Shown: positions 1 through 9,277 of the stretch, piece after piece
How the letters are laid out: each line of letters begins with the position of its first letter
How positions within the stretch are numbered: position 1 is the stretch's first letter
Virus record (IMG/VR): IMGVR_UViG_3300037755_000409
Location: 1 to 55,991 of that record
DNA from: a virus
Taxonomy: Duplodnaviria > Caudoviricetes
Reading direction: 5' to 3' (one strand)
DNA length: 55,991 bases
The notes under the pieces: generated by a model
Databases searched by the model: none
What the model saw: only the letters and a program-made list of their open reading frames with translations
Told to the model about the DNA's origin: nothing
Translations under genes and position numbers: made by a program

Positions 1-127
1 GTCGAGGACTGCAAGTCCTGACCGAGCACTGCAGACAGATCAAGCGCAGCCGCCTGCGCACGCTCGAATACAGGCCCAACAACATTTCCGAAAGTCAGAA
101 GATTGTTGGTGACTTTCTTGAGGATTT
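1..127. repeat. Terminal overlap copy 1 (identical to 55865-55991); circular contig
   Basis: 127-bp identity between the window ends, falling inside one continuous reading frame. Confidence 0.97.
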
Positions 128-455
128 CCTCGTCACCAGACGTCGTGGCCTCCTGGAGCGCGGAAGCCATCGCCTGCAGTTGCTTCGACGTAAAACCAGC
201 CGTACTGCCTGTCGTTCGCAACGTGGCCTCGACGGCCTTGACGGCCTGCTCTTGCACACCGAACGCGCGCACGGCGTCTTGCGCAAAGGACTTGAGCTGC
301 CCGACAGCAAACGCCGCGCCGATCGCGCCGCCGAGCGCCTTGGCCTTACTGGCAAGGTTGTCCATTGAGCGCCCGGCACGCTTCGTGTCCGAAGAAAACT
401 GGCCGGCATTCATGCCCAGGACGACACGAAGCGCGCCGATGATTGCACTAGCCAT
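1..455 (-). CDS. Tape measure protein, 5' part (continues across the origin into 55864-54427; ~630 aa total)
   Basis: ATG at 455 gives MASAIIGALRVVLGMNAGQF..., reading in frame into ...VLGQDLQSSTIQLGKALNDP; follows the tail chaperone. Confidence 0.9.
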   Translation of the reverse strand, partial: MASAIIGALRVVLGMNAGQFSSDTKRAGRSMDNLASKAKALGGAIGAAFAVGQLKSFAQDAVRAFGVQEQAVKAVEATLRTTGSTAGFTSKQLQAMASALQEATTSGDEEILKKVTNNLLTFGNVVGPVFERAQAAALDLSAVLGQDLQSS

Positions 456-461
456 CAGCGG

Positions 462-707
462 TTACCTTTTGCGTTTACCATGTGCTTTCAGATCACGGAG
501 GATTTCTGCGGCTTCGGTTTCGGTCATCTGATATTTGCGACCGTAAACCTTTTCGACTTTATTGGCTTCAAACACCCACCAGAATTCGTGGGGATGAAGT
601 CGCCAGAACTGCGAAGGCGTTAAGCCCGCGCCGCCTTTTTCGCGCGGCCGGCAGCAGAACTTGAACGCCTCTTCGACCCATCCGGCGCGGCCGCTTGCGA
701 GTTTCCC
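462..707 (-). CDS. Tail assembly chaperone C-terminal extension reached by -1 frameshift
   Basis: Slippery G GGA AAC at 707-701; the -1 frame is open as KLASGRAGWVEEAFKFCCRPREKGGAGLTPSQFWRLHPHEFWW... to TAA at 464-462. Confidence 0.75.
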   Translation of the reverse strand, partial: GKLASGRAGWVEEAFKFCCRPREKGGAGLTPSQFWRLHPHEFWWVFEANKVEKVYGRKYQMTETEAAEILRDLKAHGKRKR

Positions 708-1087
708 AAGTCGGTATCCTCTGATACAGCTTCATCTTCACTTCCGGACGCCAGAAGCTCTTGAACTTTGGCGCGCGCCGATGCCGGCAACATCATCTGC
801 ATGAGCATCATGACAGCCTGCATGACGGTGTCCTGAGCATCGCCGCCATTCAGCGCCTGCTCGTAAATGTCGTCATCAGAGACGCGAGCGCCGGCGTATC
901 GAAGCGCATCACCGTAGGCCATACTCAGGCGAACAAGTGGGGCGGTTCCTCGCTGTGAATAATCCTGAAGCTCGGCAAGAGTGATGTGCTGCTCGATCCG
1001 CGCCAGCACACCCATGACCCGATGCGCCTTGATGGTCCAGACGCGCCCGCCCCACTCGAGTTCGATATCGGTAAAAACACCTGCCAT
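620..1087 (-). CDS. Tail assembly chaperone (GTA gp10-like)
   Basis: Lies between major tail and tape measure genes; slippery site near its 3' end. Confidence 0.8.
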   Translation of the reverse strand: MAGVFTDIELEWGGRVWTIKAHRVMGVLARIEQHITLAELQDYSQRGTAPLVRLSMAYGDALRYAGARVSDDDIYEQALNGGDAQDTVMQAVMMLMQMMLPASARAKVQELLASGSEDEAVSEDTDLGNSQAAAPDGSKRRSSSAAGRAKKAARA

Positions 1088-1500
1088 TATGAACCTGCCG
1101 CGTACGTCACCACGCCATTGCTCTGAAATGTCGCCTCGAATGTGACTTCACCGTCGTGGCTACCGGTTTCAGAATAATCGGCAAGATAAAATGTGCCGGA
1201 AATCACGCCGCCATCGGGATATACGAAGGAAGCTGCCTGCATCCGGCGTCCCGTGGCGCTCGCGCCCGCAAACCAGTCGGCACGCAGTGAATCGTCAAGC
1301 AAGACGCCCGATACCGGGAAATTCACCATATTGGTCTGAGCCGCATCGAGAAGCTCGCGCCAGCCGCTCGAATCATCGTTCGTGGTGTCCACCGGATCAC
1401 CATTGAGCTCAACGCCTTTTTCCCGAACGCCAGCAACAAGCGGTGACGGGCTCGCGTCCCCCCAATAGAGCTTGAGGGTTCTACCTACTACAGCAACCAT
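1087..1500 (-). CDS. Major tail (tube) protein, TP901-1/GTA-like
   Basis: VAGVREK..NGDPVDTTNDDSSGWRELL and GSHDGEVTFEATFQSNG motifs. Confidence 0.9.
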   Translation of the reverse strand: MVAVVGRTLKLYWGDASPSPLVAGVREKGVELNGDPVDTTNDDSSGWRELLDAAQTNMVNFPVSGVLLDDSLRADWFAGASATGRRMQAASFVYPDGGVISGTFYLADYSETGSHDGEVTFEATFQSNGVVTYAAGS

Positions 1501-1512
1501 TTGATTTTACTC

Positions 1513-1908
1513 CTAGTTCTCGAACCAAATTCTGAAGTCTAGCTGAGTGCGAAAGAGGTATTCGTCAGCATTGCCCCCGCCCTCGCGTAAATCCCGCTCG
1601 GCATCGAGCAGGATGTATTGAAACGTCGTGCCGCCAACGGTGCCGAAGAATGCCGACAGGGACACAATCACTGCGCGCGCTGGATTTTTCGCCGATGCGT
1701 AGGTCGTGCCCCAGCATTCCAATTCCAGCCGCGCCTCGGCCAAACCGCTTTCACCGTCATCGGTGTAGATCGGCGCGCCGGAAATCCGATTGATGATGAT
1801 GTCGGGAAGCGCGCCGCCCTGCGGACGCGAGCCGCAGTAAACGCGCTGTGAGACAAGCGCCGTCACGCCGCTCGTCGCCAGCAGCCGCGTCCTGATCGCT
1901 TCTTCCAT
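1513..1908 (-). CDS. Tail completion/terminator protein (DUF3168-like)
   Basis: MEEAIRTRLLATSGVTALVSQRVY N-terminus; synteny. Confidence 0.85.
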   Translation of the reverse strand: MEEAIRTRLLATSGVTALVSQRVYCGSRPQGGALPDIIINRISGAPIYTDDGESGLAEARLELECWGTTYASAKNPARAVIVSLSAFFGTVGGTTFQYILLDAERDLREGGGNADEYLFRTQLDFRIWFEN

Positions 1909-1911
1909 AAA

Positions 1912-2379
1912 TTAACGTCCGGCCTTGGCTGCTATGCGCGCCGCTTTTCGCGCAAGCCGATCTGCGGCCTTTTTGATTTCCGTCCACAGATCTGTTCGAA
2001 TACCCGGCAGTAGTCCCGCGCGCGTTGCATCCCATGCCGGACGCATGAACGGCTGCTTCGGGACATCACCCACCGACTTTCCGCTCTTGCGCTGCCGACG
2101 TTCGCCCGTTCCAAATTCCATCCAGTGCGCTTGCGGGTGCGTACCGGGCCCGACATACACTTCGACGTCGTCCTTGTGTGGCTTGCGATGCTTCGATTTC
2201 TGCCGACGCGACAGCCTGGTCGAAACCGCGATGGAATTTTTCAAACTGCCGAAGCCGACGGGAACGCCATCACGTGCGGCCTGCGCAATCGGTTCAGCCC
2301 GCTTTTGGAGAATACGGCGCATGATATTTTTCGCCGTGGACTTGGGAAGCTCACGCAGCGCTTTTTGAACTTCCTTCAA
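1912..2379 (-). CDS. HK97 gp10-family tail component
   Basis: AHWMEFGT and QPFMRPAWD motifs; the frame is open a little further upstream (ERVKIEGLKE). Confidence 0.88.
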   Translation of the reverse strand: MKEVQKALRELPKSTAKNIMRRILQKRAEPIAQAARDGVPVGFGSLKNSIAVSTRLSRRQKSKHRKPHKDDVEVYVGPGTHPQAHWMEFGTGERRQRKSGKSVGDVPKQPFMRPAWDATRAGLLPGIRTDLWTEIKKAADRLARKAARIAAKAGR

Positions 2380-2390
2380 TCCCTCGATTT

Positions 2391-2690
2391 TTACACGCTC
2401 GGCCAGCCGGATTTCTTTCTGTCACGATCCTCTGGCGGTGGGCCGGGATCAGAGAGCGCGGGGACATCCGGCGGATCACCGAAAACGACATTTCGACCAT
2501 CAACCACCAGATCAATGGATACTCGCGCAACGTTATCGATATCGTGGATTATCGTTGCCGATGTCACGCACGGAAGCTTTTCGCCACGCTCATTATAGAT
2601 CGCGAACGCCCGGCACCTTACGCCGTCCCCGGCAGGCTGGGAAATGTACAGCCTCATGCGCTTCGCAGTATCTTTATCAATAGTTGTCAT
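2391..2690 (-). CDS. Hypothetical protein
   Basis: ATG overlaps the stop of the upstream gene; fills the operon. Confidence 0.6.
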   Translation of the reverse strand: MTTIDKDTAKRMRLYISQPAGDGVRCRAFAIYNERGEKLPCVTSATIIHDIDNVARVSIDLVVDGRNVVFGDPPDVPALSDPGPPPEDRDRKKSGWPSV

Positions 2691-3034
2691 GAGCTCACGG
2701 CCTGAACGTCCGGCTGAATCGCGGCGTCGACCTCAAGCCAGCGATTACGTTTTACCTCGCGCACGCCGGTGATGTTGTAGACGTCGCCGGCATAGAGCAC
2801 GCGATCACGCGGATTGAGCGTCGCCACGTCTGAGCTGTAGCGAATGCGAAACCGGATCGACAGTTTGCCGCCAACCTCTTGCGCGCGATAGCTTTCACCG
2901 GCGCTGGCATCCCGGCGATGCACCCAGACTTGCGCGAGCGTATTCCACGTCTCGACCTCGCCACCGAAATCATCGAACGTTACCGTGGCGCGCTGCAGCG
3001 TCGCACGACGGTTCATATCGCCGGAGCCGGTCAT
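2687..3034 (-). CDS. Head closure / head-tail adaptor (SPP1 gp16-like)
   Basis: GDMNRRATLQR, DDFGGEVETW, FRIRY, YNITGV motifs. Confidence 0.9.
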   Translation of the reverse strand: MTGSGDMNRRATLQRATVTFDDFGGEVETWNTLAQVWVHRRDASAGESYRAQEVGGKLSIRFRIRYSSDVATLNPRDRVLYAGDVYNITGVREVKRNRWLEVDAAIQPDVQAVSS

Positions 3035-3763
3035 TCAGGCAGCCCACGCCGCGAGTTCACGCCGATATTCATTGGCATACGGAGCATCTTCGTATCCCGG
3101 CATGCAGGGCGCGCCGTCCGTCCAATGCACAAGCGCTGGTTCGCCCTCGTCCTCATCGAGCTGCGTATGACCAACGAGAAAATTCCAACGGCGCGGCAGC
3201 GTGCCGATCTCGTCGTCCTCGAGCCAGCAGAAGCGATGCAGATCCCGACCCGGAAGCGTGTTGATCATGTCGACCGTGAGCCGCTTGTTCGCCGGATGAT
3301 CGCAGTCGAACAGCATGACGCTCGACCAGTTCTTACGCGCGTATCGCGTCTGTGCCTGGCCATCCATCTTCACACCTTCAGGCGGATCGAACCTGTGCTT
3401 GACGCACCAGACCGCTTTCGATTTATCGCCCTGGACATACTCGAAAAGCCGCATGACGTTCTCGCGCGCCATGATATCGCAATCGCCAAACAGTGCGAGC
3501 CCGCTACCGGCGAGGTGAGGCGTCAAAAAGCGCGTGATCGCGAATTCGGTGCTCATGGGCGCGCCAGAAATCGTGTCCCAAAGCTGTTCGCCGCGCCGCT
3601 GCGTTTCGCGCACATACAGGCCTGCATCGCGCATCCGCGACATGATAATGCCGTTGACCGGGATTGGCGCGGCAAGGCGCCGACGAATGCTGTTGCGGCA
3701 AACCACGTAGCACGGGATTTCCCGCGGATCATAACCGATCCAGATCGAAAGCTTTTTATTCAC
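3035..3763 (-). CDS. Glycosyltransferase, GT-A fold (GT8-like)
   Basis: IWIGYDPRE, STEFAITRF, ALFGDCD (DxD), RKNWSSVMLF, WNFLVG, HWTDG. Confidence 0.85.
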   Translation of the reverse strand: MNKKLSIWIGYDPREIPCYVVCRNSIRRRLAAPIPVNGIIMSRMRDAGLYVRETQRRGEQLWDTISGAPMSTEFAITRFLTPHLAGSGLALFGDCDIMARENVMRLFEYVQGDKSKAVWCVKHRFDPPEGVKMDGQAQTRYARKNWSSVMLFDCDHPANKRLTVDMINTLPGRDLHRFCWLEDDEIGTLPRRWNFLVGHTQLDEDEGEPALVHWTDGAPCMPGYEDAPYANEYRRELAAWAA

Positions 3764-3766
3764 GCA

Positions 3767-4456
3767 TCACCATCCAAGACAATAATCGCCACTCTTTTCC
3801 CAGAGCTGTTTCGCGCCCCATGACTTGAGCAATCTGCGTGCGGCAAACCGCTTGAAGCCGTAGCGCTCGGCATTGTCGGGTTTCTGCTCGATCACGATGA
3901 TCGGGTGGCACGCTCGAATCATCTGCTCGCCACCTCGCAACACCTCTACTTCCCAGCCTTCCACGTCGATTTTGATAAACCCGACTCGCGACTCGCCTTC
4001 CAAGCTGCCGCCACCCAGGCATTCCTGATCGAGAGTCGTCGCTTGGACCGATATATCGGGCTGCATCGGATAGCGCGCGATCGCGCAGTTGCCGGTGTTT
4101 TCTGATGCTCCAGTCATCCAGATCTCTCCGGCCCGATGGGAGACAGCGAGCCGCCGCAGCGTCACATTGGTGGAGCCATCCAGATTTCGCTGAAAACAAT
4201 CAGCGATATGCGGGACCGGCTCAAACGCGACGACGCGCTCAAAATTATCGGCCAGCACGCGCGACCATAGACCGACATGCGCACCAACATCGACGGCCAC
4301 GCCGCGCCGATCTTGCGGCATGACACGCAATGCCATTTGAATCTTTTTGAGCTGGTATGTTCCAGCGCCTGCATGACGCGGCGATCGCTCAAGGTAATCC
4401 GCGAAATGCGTATCGTCATCGGGCAACCAGATTCCGGCGACTTGCTTCATTGCCAA
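3767..4456 (-). CDS. FkbM-family methyltransferase
   Basis: VDVGAHVG, AFEP, FIKIDVEGWE motifs. Confidence 0.92.
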   Translation of the reverse strand: MAMKQVAGIWLPDDDTHFADYLERSPRHAGAGTYQLKKIQMALRVMPQDRRGVAVDVGAHVGLWSRVLADNFERVVAFEPVPHIADCFQRNLDGSTNVTLRRLAVSHRAGEIWMTGASENTGNCAIARYPMQPDISVQATTLDQECLGGGSLEGESRVGFIKIDVEGWEVEVLRGGEQMIRACHPIIVIEQKPDNAERYGFKRFAARRLLKSWGAKQLWEKSGDYCLGW

Positions 4457-5226
4457 TGTGCCTCGCCGCGCCCCGTCACCTGCTCCTTCGGCGTGCGGCC
4501 AAGCTCCTTGCGCGCGCCCTTGGCATGATCCAGGCGCTCGCCCAGCCGCGAATACGGAAAGACATGATGGTAGCTGCGCGCCTTGCCGGACAGGCTGTGA
4601 GGACGCCCAAACCAGCCATCGCCGACGCAGCGCATGACGAGCTGCTGGATGACGAAACTGTCATGCGTTTCCGAGAACCGAAATACACGATCGCCCTCAT
4701 AAGTCTTACGCAGCAGAGTCATGAAGTCCTTATGGCGAGCGCCGTCCGGGCGGAACATCATGAAGCCACACTCCGGATAAACGCGCTCCCTGTCGAGCCA
4801 GGCCATGTACTGCGAGCCCGAGAACAGGCTTTCGAGCCATTCAGGCGTCACGATCTGGTGCGCGAGCGTGTCCGCGTCCATCCAGATCAGCATATCGCAC
4901 CGTTCGCCGGCGGCATCCGTCAGCGCGGCGATCTTGTGCGCGAACTTCACGCAATCGCGACGATAGTCATATTCCCTGTTCTGACGATTTTTCCGGTAGT
5001 CGCGGCCATGCGCGTCCTTGTTTTCGACGTGCGACGCCTTCCATGCCGTAAACCACTGCGGCAACTGCCGAAGCTCGATATTGTCCGACTCCGGCCAATA
5101 TTCGAACCCCTCGACGTAATGAATGAGCCGAATCTCGCGCGACCAGAAGCGGCTAAAGGTTGTCGCCATCTGCTTGCCATAGCTTTCAAAGCCTTCGGCG
5201 TTGCACGTCGTCACAACCTTGATCAA
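4447..5226 (-). CDS. Putative nucleotide-diphospho-sugar transferase (GT-A fold)
   Basis: KFAHKI, LIWMDADT (DxD), ECGF, HDS, HAKG. Confidence 0.7.
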   Translation of the reverse strand: MIKVVTTCNAEGFESYGKQMATTFSRFWSREIRLIHYVEGFEYWPESDNIELRQLPQWFTAWKASHVENKDAHGRDYRKNRQNREYDYRRDCVKFAHKIAALTDAAGERCDMLIWMDADTLAHQIVTPEWLESLFSGSQYMAWLDRERVYPECGFMMFRPDGARHKDFMTLLRKTYEGDRVFRFSETHDSFVIQQLVMRCVGDGWFGRPHSLSGKARSYHHVFPYSRLGERLDHAKGARKELGRTPKEQVTGRGEAHWQ

Positions 5227-5960
5227 AGCATTACCTCCAACGTCATGAGATCGTGATCGCTGATGCCCGCCGCATCGATGGTGCGAGGATCGCGAACTTC
5301 GACGCCGCGATAGAAAAACCAGTCGAGCCGCCGACCGGCGAAGCGCCCCTTGTCGCGGTTAGCGTCGCGCCACTGGTAGCCATAAGATTCAGCGACTTCG
5401 AACAGCGGCTCATGCCCCTCTTTGTTGTTCATGTCGCCGCCAATAACTACACCGCGCGCACCAAGCTTCTTTAGCGCTTTGCATAGGCGTTCCATCTCGC
5501 CAGCGCGCTTGTCCGGCGTCGTGCGATTCTCAAGGTGCACAGTCGCGAACCAGATCCCGGCAACCCGGCAGATTAAAGCTTTCCGGCCGCCATCACGCGC
5601 CTGATCGCTGCCGATCCACTCGTGTCCTGGTGTCAGCTCAGCTGTATGCGATGTGAGAGGCAGACCGTCGCCGACAATCGCATTGCAATGCAATCCATGC
5701 CGATTGACCGCGCCGGCGAATTCTGCCTTGTCCTGATCGTTGCCGAGCCCATGTTCCTCGAACTCGATCGCCATGCGGTAGTCAGTTTCCAAAACATACG
5801 CAATGCTGCGAGGAACATGGACGTTGCCAGATCGGGCCATTCCAACATCGCATTCCTGAAGCAAGGCGATATCAACCTTGTGCTTCGACAACGTAAGCGC
5901 GATTTCACCAGAATTTCGACCGCGCTCGATATTCCAGGTCGCGACCTTAAGCATGAACAT
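5223..5960 (-). CDS. Endonuclease/exonuclease/phosphatase (EEP) family protein
   Basis: VATWNI, LQE, VHL, GDMN, LDW, SDH catalytic motifs. Confidence 0.9.
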   Translation of the reverse strand: MFMLKVATWNIERGRNSGEIALTLSKHKVDIALLQECDVGMARSGNVHVPRSIAYVLETDYRMAIEFEEHGLGNDQDKAEFAGAVNRHGLHCNAIVGDGLPLTSHTAELTPGHEWIGSDQARDGGRKALICRVAGIWFATVHLENRTTPDKRAGEMERLCKALKKLGARGVVIGGDMNNKEGHEPLFEVAESYGYQWRDANRDKGRFAGRRLDWFFYRGVEVRDPRTIDAAGISDHDLMTLEVML

Positions 5961-6669
5961 ACGGCTTCAGCCATTCCGGCCGCGGATCGGCGCGCATGAT
6001 CAGATCGATGATTTCGAGATCCTGCACATCGTCGACGTCGAGCCCGGTAATCTTGTTCTCGATGATCGGGTGAATGCGATGCCCCATGAAATATGAGCGC
6101 CCACCATCCCATCCGCTGTGCCGGAACACCTCAAGATTGAAAGGCTTGTAAACCTTGGGAAACTCCGTGCGCCGCGCCTTCGAACGTCCGGCCGGCCACG
6201 TCATCGGCAGTAGCGGCTCGAGCCATCCCATTTCGCCGATCGTCTGCAGGCGCGCATCCGCCTCGCTGACGATGCGAACGGAATCGACGTGCGGCCTGGC
6301 CGCAAGCACGCATATCGCCTCTTCAACGCTTTCGATGCTACGGAATGGCGACGTCGGCTTGATCCATACCCAGATATCCGGCATCTCGCCGTTGCTGGCG
6401 ACGTAATCGGCGATAATATCCTCTTCCATCGCCGTGTCGGAACTGGCGTGCTCGCCGCGCTGATGCCACCAGATCATCGGCTCATACTCGGCAGCAAGGT
6501 CGACATACGCCTTTGAGTCGGTCGAGACCACAATGCGATCGATGTCGAGCTTTTTCGCGAAGTTCACCGCATGACCGATCAATGGCACGCCACCGGCCGG
6601 GCTGATGTTCTTGTCCGGCAAGCCCTTCGATCCGGCCCGCGCCGGAATCATCGCGAAAATTTTAGACAT
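5947..6669 (-). CDS. Acylneuraminate cytidylyltransferase (CMP-nonulosonate synthetase, NeuA-like)
   Basis: IPARAGSKGLPDKNI, VSTDS, PTSPFR, LDVDD motifs. Confidence 0.9.
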   Translation of the reverse strand: MSKIFAMIPARAGSKGLPDKNISPAGGVPLIGHAVNFAKKLDIDRIVVSTDSKAYVDLAAEYEPMIWWHQRGEHASSDTAMEEDIIADYVASNGEMPDIWVWIKPTSPFRSIESVEEAICVLAARPHVDSVRIVSEADARLQTIGEMGWLEPLLPMTWPAGRSKARRTEFPKVYKPFNLEVFRHSGWDGGRSYFMGHRIHPIIENKITGLDVDDVQDLEIIDLIMRADPRPEWLKPYVHA

Positions 6670-7165
6670 CGAACAGAGTCTCCACGATCACGTCGGCATT
6701 GATTTTGCATATTTCAGACCGCCACCAATCTGGCGGCTCAACAGTCAAATGAACATTTCTACCGTCAGGAAGTCTTTTGTGACGTGACGGAGCAGTCGCG
6801 ATTACAAAGAATACAAACTTTTTTGCGAACCCGATGACGTCAACGAGAAACGCTCCAACGTCACTCTTCGGAATATGCTCGGCGACGTCGGTGCATATTA
6901 CGCCGTCGAATTTCGTTGTCGGTTTAGCGGAATAAGGAATGTACCCAGGATCATAACAGGTCGGAAGAATGCCGCCCCACTGCTCGTGCTGTCGACGCTG
7001 AGTGTATTGAAAGCCCTTCCCGCTCCCGTAGTCCAATAAAGTGGCAGATTCAGTTCTCTCGATCAGACCGCGAATGCAATCAACGCTTCCGCCTGTAAAC
7101 TTGCCCCGGAACCGCTTAGGGTTCCGGTGCATAATTCTGTACTGGGTTATAAGATCGCGATTCAC
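6662..7165 (-). CDS. Class I SAM-dependent methyltransferase
   Basis: LLDYGSGKG, YDP, FDGVICTDVAEHIP. Confidence 0.88.
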   Translation of the reverse strand: MNRDLITQYRIMHRNPKRFRGKFTGGSVDCIRGLIERTESATLLDYGSGKGFQYTQRRQHEQWGGILPTCYDPGYIPYSAKPTTKFDGVICTDVAEHIPKSDVGAFLVDVIGFAKKFVFFVIATAPSRHKRLPDGRNVHLTVEPPDWWRSEICKINADVIVETLFDV

Positions 7166-7543
7166 TCACGCCTCTTTGAACAAAATCGCTATTCTCGCCG
7201 TTCCGTCATTAGGATTGGCTTCGGCCGTAGGCTTCCAGAAACGCATTGGCGGCGGCATAATCGGCTTGGGATTGTAATTGATCGTAGAATTTGCGTTCAA
7301 AGCTTCGTCATTCGCCGGAACGAAAAACTGTCCAGAGATTTGCACCGGCTGGCTTTCACCGACCATATTTCCAACATCAAGCTTTACAAACACACCCGAC
7401 GGACTGAACGCGTGGAGCGATAGAGGAACACAGTCCTCCGCCTCGAAAATGTCGCCGACATCGAGGACCCCGCCTGTAACAACCAAATTCCATTCAATAA
7501 TAAAAAGCTTGTTCCCCAAATTTGTCTTCGTATAGGCCGTCAT
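7166..7543 (-). CDS. Hypothetical protein
   Basis: Tightly packed in the operon; no motif recognised. Confidence 0.7.
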   Translation of the reverse strand: MTAYTKTNLGNKLFIIEWNLVVTGGVLDVGDIFEAEDCVPLSLHAFSPSGVFVKLDVGNMVGESQPVQISGQFFVPANDEALNANSTINYNPKPIMPPPMRFWKPTAEANPNDGTARIAILFKEA

Positions 7544-8445
7544 TGCATCACACCTTCCTTTTTTGGTTTCAATGGCTCACCATTCTGCGGCATCGTCGCG
7601 CGCATTTCACTTTTCAAGAATTCCCATACCGCACCGTTGCGGATCTCTTCATCCGTCCACTGAGCATAAGCAAGATTGCAGAAAAATTGCCAACGCTCGC
7701 GATCGCCGGGAGTATGCGGCTGCAATGCCTGCTCAAGATATTTGCCGGCGAGCGGCCGGCCCGGATTGGGACCAAGACAGATAACTGGCACACCGGCGAT
7801 CAGCGCATTGATCGAGCAGTGCGACGTATAGGTGACCAGGCAGTGCGCACCATCGAGCGCATCCTCGATAGTATCCGGCCGCAACGACAGCCGCACGCCT
7901 TCGATCTCACGAAAATCCAGCGCCCTAGGCTTGGGACGAAACACGACTTCGCGCGTCGGCGCGATGCGCTTCAGCTTGCCAATAATGCTTTCGGCCATCT
8001 GGTCGGCAGAGCCGAGCCGCCAATAATCGTGCACCTTCTGCGAATTGTTGGCGTAAATGATATGGCCGCTCGATTTCTTGAACGGCTTGAGGCTGATGCC
8101 GAGCTTTTCCCAGCGATCCGACAAGCGATCGACGCGCATCAGATATGCGAGCGCCGTGCCGCCGTCGAGAAACACCTTGTTGTAGTCGCTGCGGTTGCGC
8201 GTCCGTATCGCGCCCTTATCAAAGACCAGCGTGCGCTTACCGACCGCACGATAGACGTCGATGATTTCGCGCGTTGGCCCGTTCACGCCCCAGAACAATG
8301 CGACGTCAGATTCTGGCTTCCCACTGAAGTCCGATGCAAATCCGATTTCGACCTTATCGCCGACGGCACTGATCCCCGAGACCATCAACGCACGGAATTC
8401 GTGCTCAAGATCCTTTTCCAGCGTGTGAAAGAATTTAAAGTGCAT
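7540..8445 (-). CDS. Capsule-synthesis (KpsS/KpsC-like) glycosyltransferase, paralog 4
   Basis: FDKG, RPKP, LVTYTS..INALIAGVP, LAYAQW..EEI..G..W. Confidence 0.65.
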   Translation of the reverse strand: MHFKFFHTLEKDLEHEFRALMVSGISAVGDKVEIGFASDFSGKPESDVALFWGVNGPTREIIDVYRAVGKRTLVFDKGAIRTRNRSDYNKVFLDGGTALAYLMRVDRLSDRWEKLGISLKPFKKSSGHIIYANNSQKVHDYWRLGSADQMAESIIGKLKRIAPTREVVFRPKPRALDFREIEGVRLSLRPDTIEDALDGAHCLVTYTSHCSINALIAGVPVICLGPNPGRPLAGKYLEQALQPHTPGDRERWQFFCNLAYAQWTDEEIRNGAVWEFLKSEMRATMPQNGEPLKPKKEGVMQ

Positions 8446-9277
8446 GCGCAGTTTCGATCATCACGTTGAGACTGTCCCACATTTCGCCGCGCTCGATCTC
8501 GGTTAGCGACCACTGACAATGTGCCAGATTGGCGAGCAGCTGATCGCGTTCTTCCGGCGACGCCAAATGAGGACGCGAAATACTGTCCAGCACATTCGAC
8601 GAAATCGGCGCGCCGATCGCATCACCCAGCACGATCGACGGCACACCGCACAGCATCGCCTCGAGGCAGGCTGCGCTGCCGTGCGTTACCAGCGCGTGCG
8701 CGTCCCTGAGGTCGTCCCGTATGCTGTGCCGCGCCCGGTTAACGAATTGCGAGCCATCGATTGCCACAGCCTGGCGCCAGGACGGTTTCGGACGGTAGAC
8801 AATTCTACGTTTTGTCAATTTCCGAAGCTGGCCGATAATGCGTTTCGCATAGGCGTTCGGCTCGTCGAGCCCGTAAAAGTCGTGATATTTCGCCGAACTT
8901 CCGGCGAAAACAATGTGGTTCCCCGTCTGACGCCATGATTTCGCGCGCCAGCCTTGCGAGATTGCGCGCTCAGCGTCGAAACACAGCCGCGGCAGGTACG
9001 CAGTCGGCTGATGTCCATTGACTGCCACGCGCCACCAATCTGGCCGCGTCACATGCCATCGCCGGTTATACCCCTTGTCGAAATACAAGAACGGCTGCCC
9101 TGCTTGCCGCATACGCTTGATCAGATCGGCGTTCTTGATACCGATGACACACAGGAAATCGTAACCGGACGCGATATCATCGACAATATCGACCTTGCCA
9201 AGACAGCCACGCCCGACAGCCGAGATCAGGCGCGCGTCACATGCCTTGCCGGATGGCCTGACAAACGCTAGACGCAA
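8435..9277 (-). CDS. Capsule-synthesis (KpsS/KpsC-like) glycosyltransferase, paralog 3
   Basis: FDKGY, RPKP, LVTHGSAACLEAMLCGVP, LAHCQWSLTEI..G..W; TTG start inferred. Confidence 0.65.
   Translation of the reverse strand: MRLAFVRPSGKACDARLISAVGRGCLGKVDIVDDIASGYDFLCVIGIKNADLIKRMRQAGQPFLYFDKGYNRRWHVTRPDWWRVAVNGHQPTAYLPRLCFDAERAISQGWRAKSWRQTGNHIVFAGSSAKYHDFYGLDEPNAYAKRIIGQLRKLTKRRIVYRPKPSWRQAVAIDGSQFVNRARHSIRDDLRDAHALVTHGSAACLEAMLCGVPSIVLGDAIGAPISSNVLDSISRPHLASPEERDQLLANLAHCQWSLTEIERGEMWDSLNVMIETAHAL

Noticed and set aside
1-127. Biological direct terminal repeat
   Set aside because: It falls mid-gene, 127 bp matches a common assembler k-mer, and the HNH-terS-terL layout points to cos packaging
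3035-7165. DNA hypermodification cluster
   Set aside because: No base hydroxymethylase, kinase or polymerase partners recognised, and the location in the morphogenesis operon favours protein or surface glycan targets; not formally excluded
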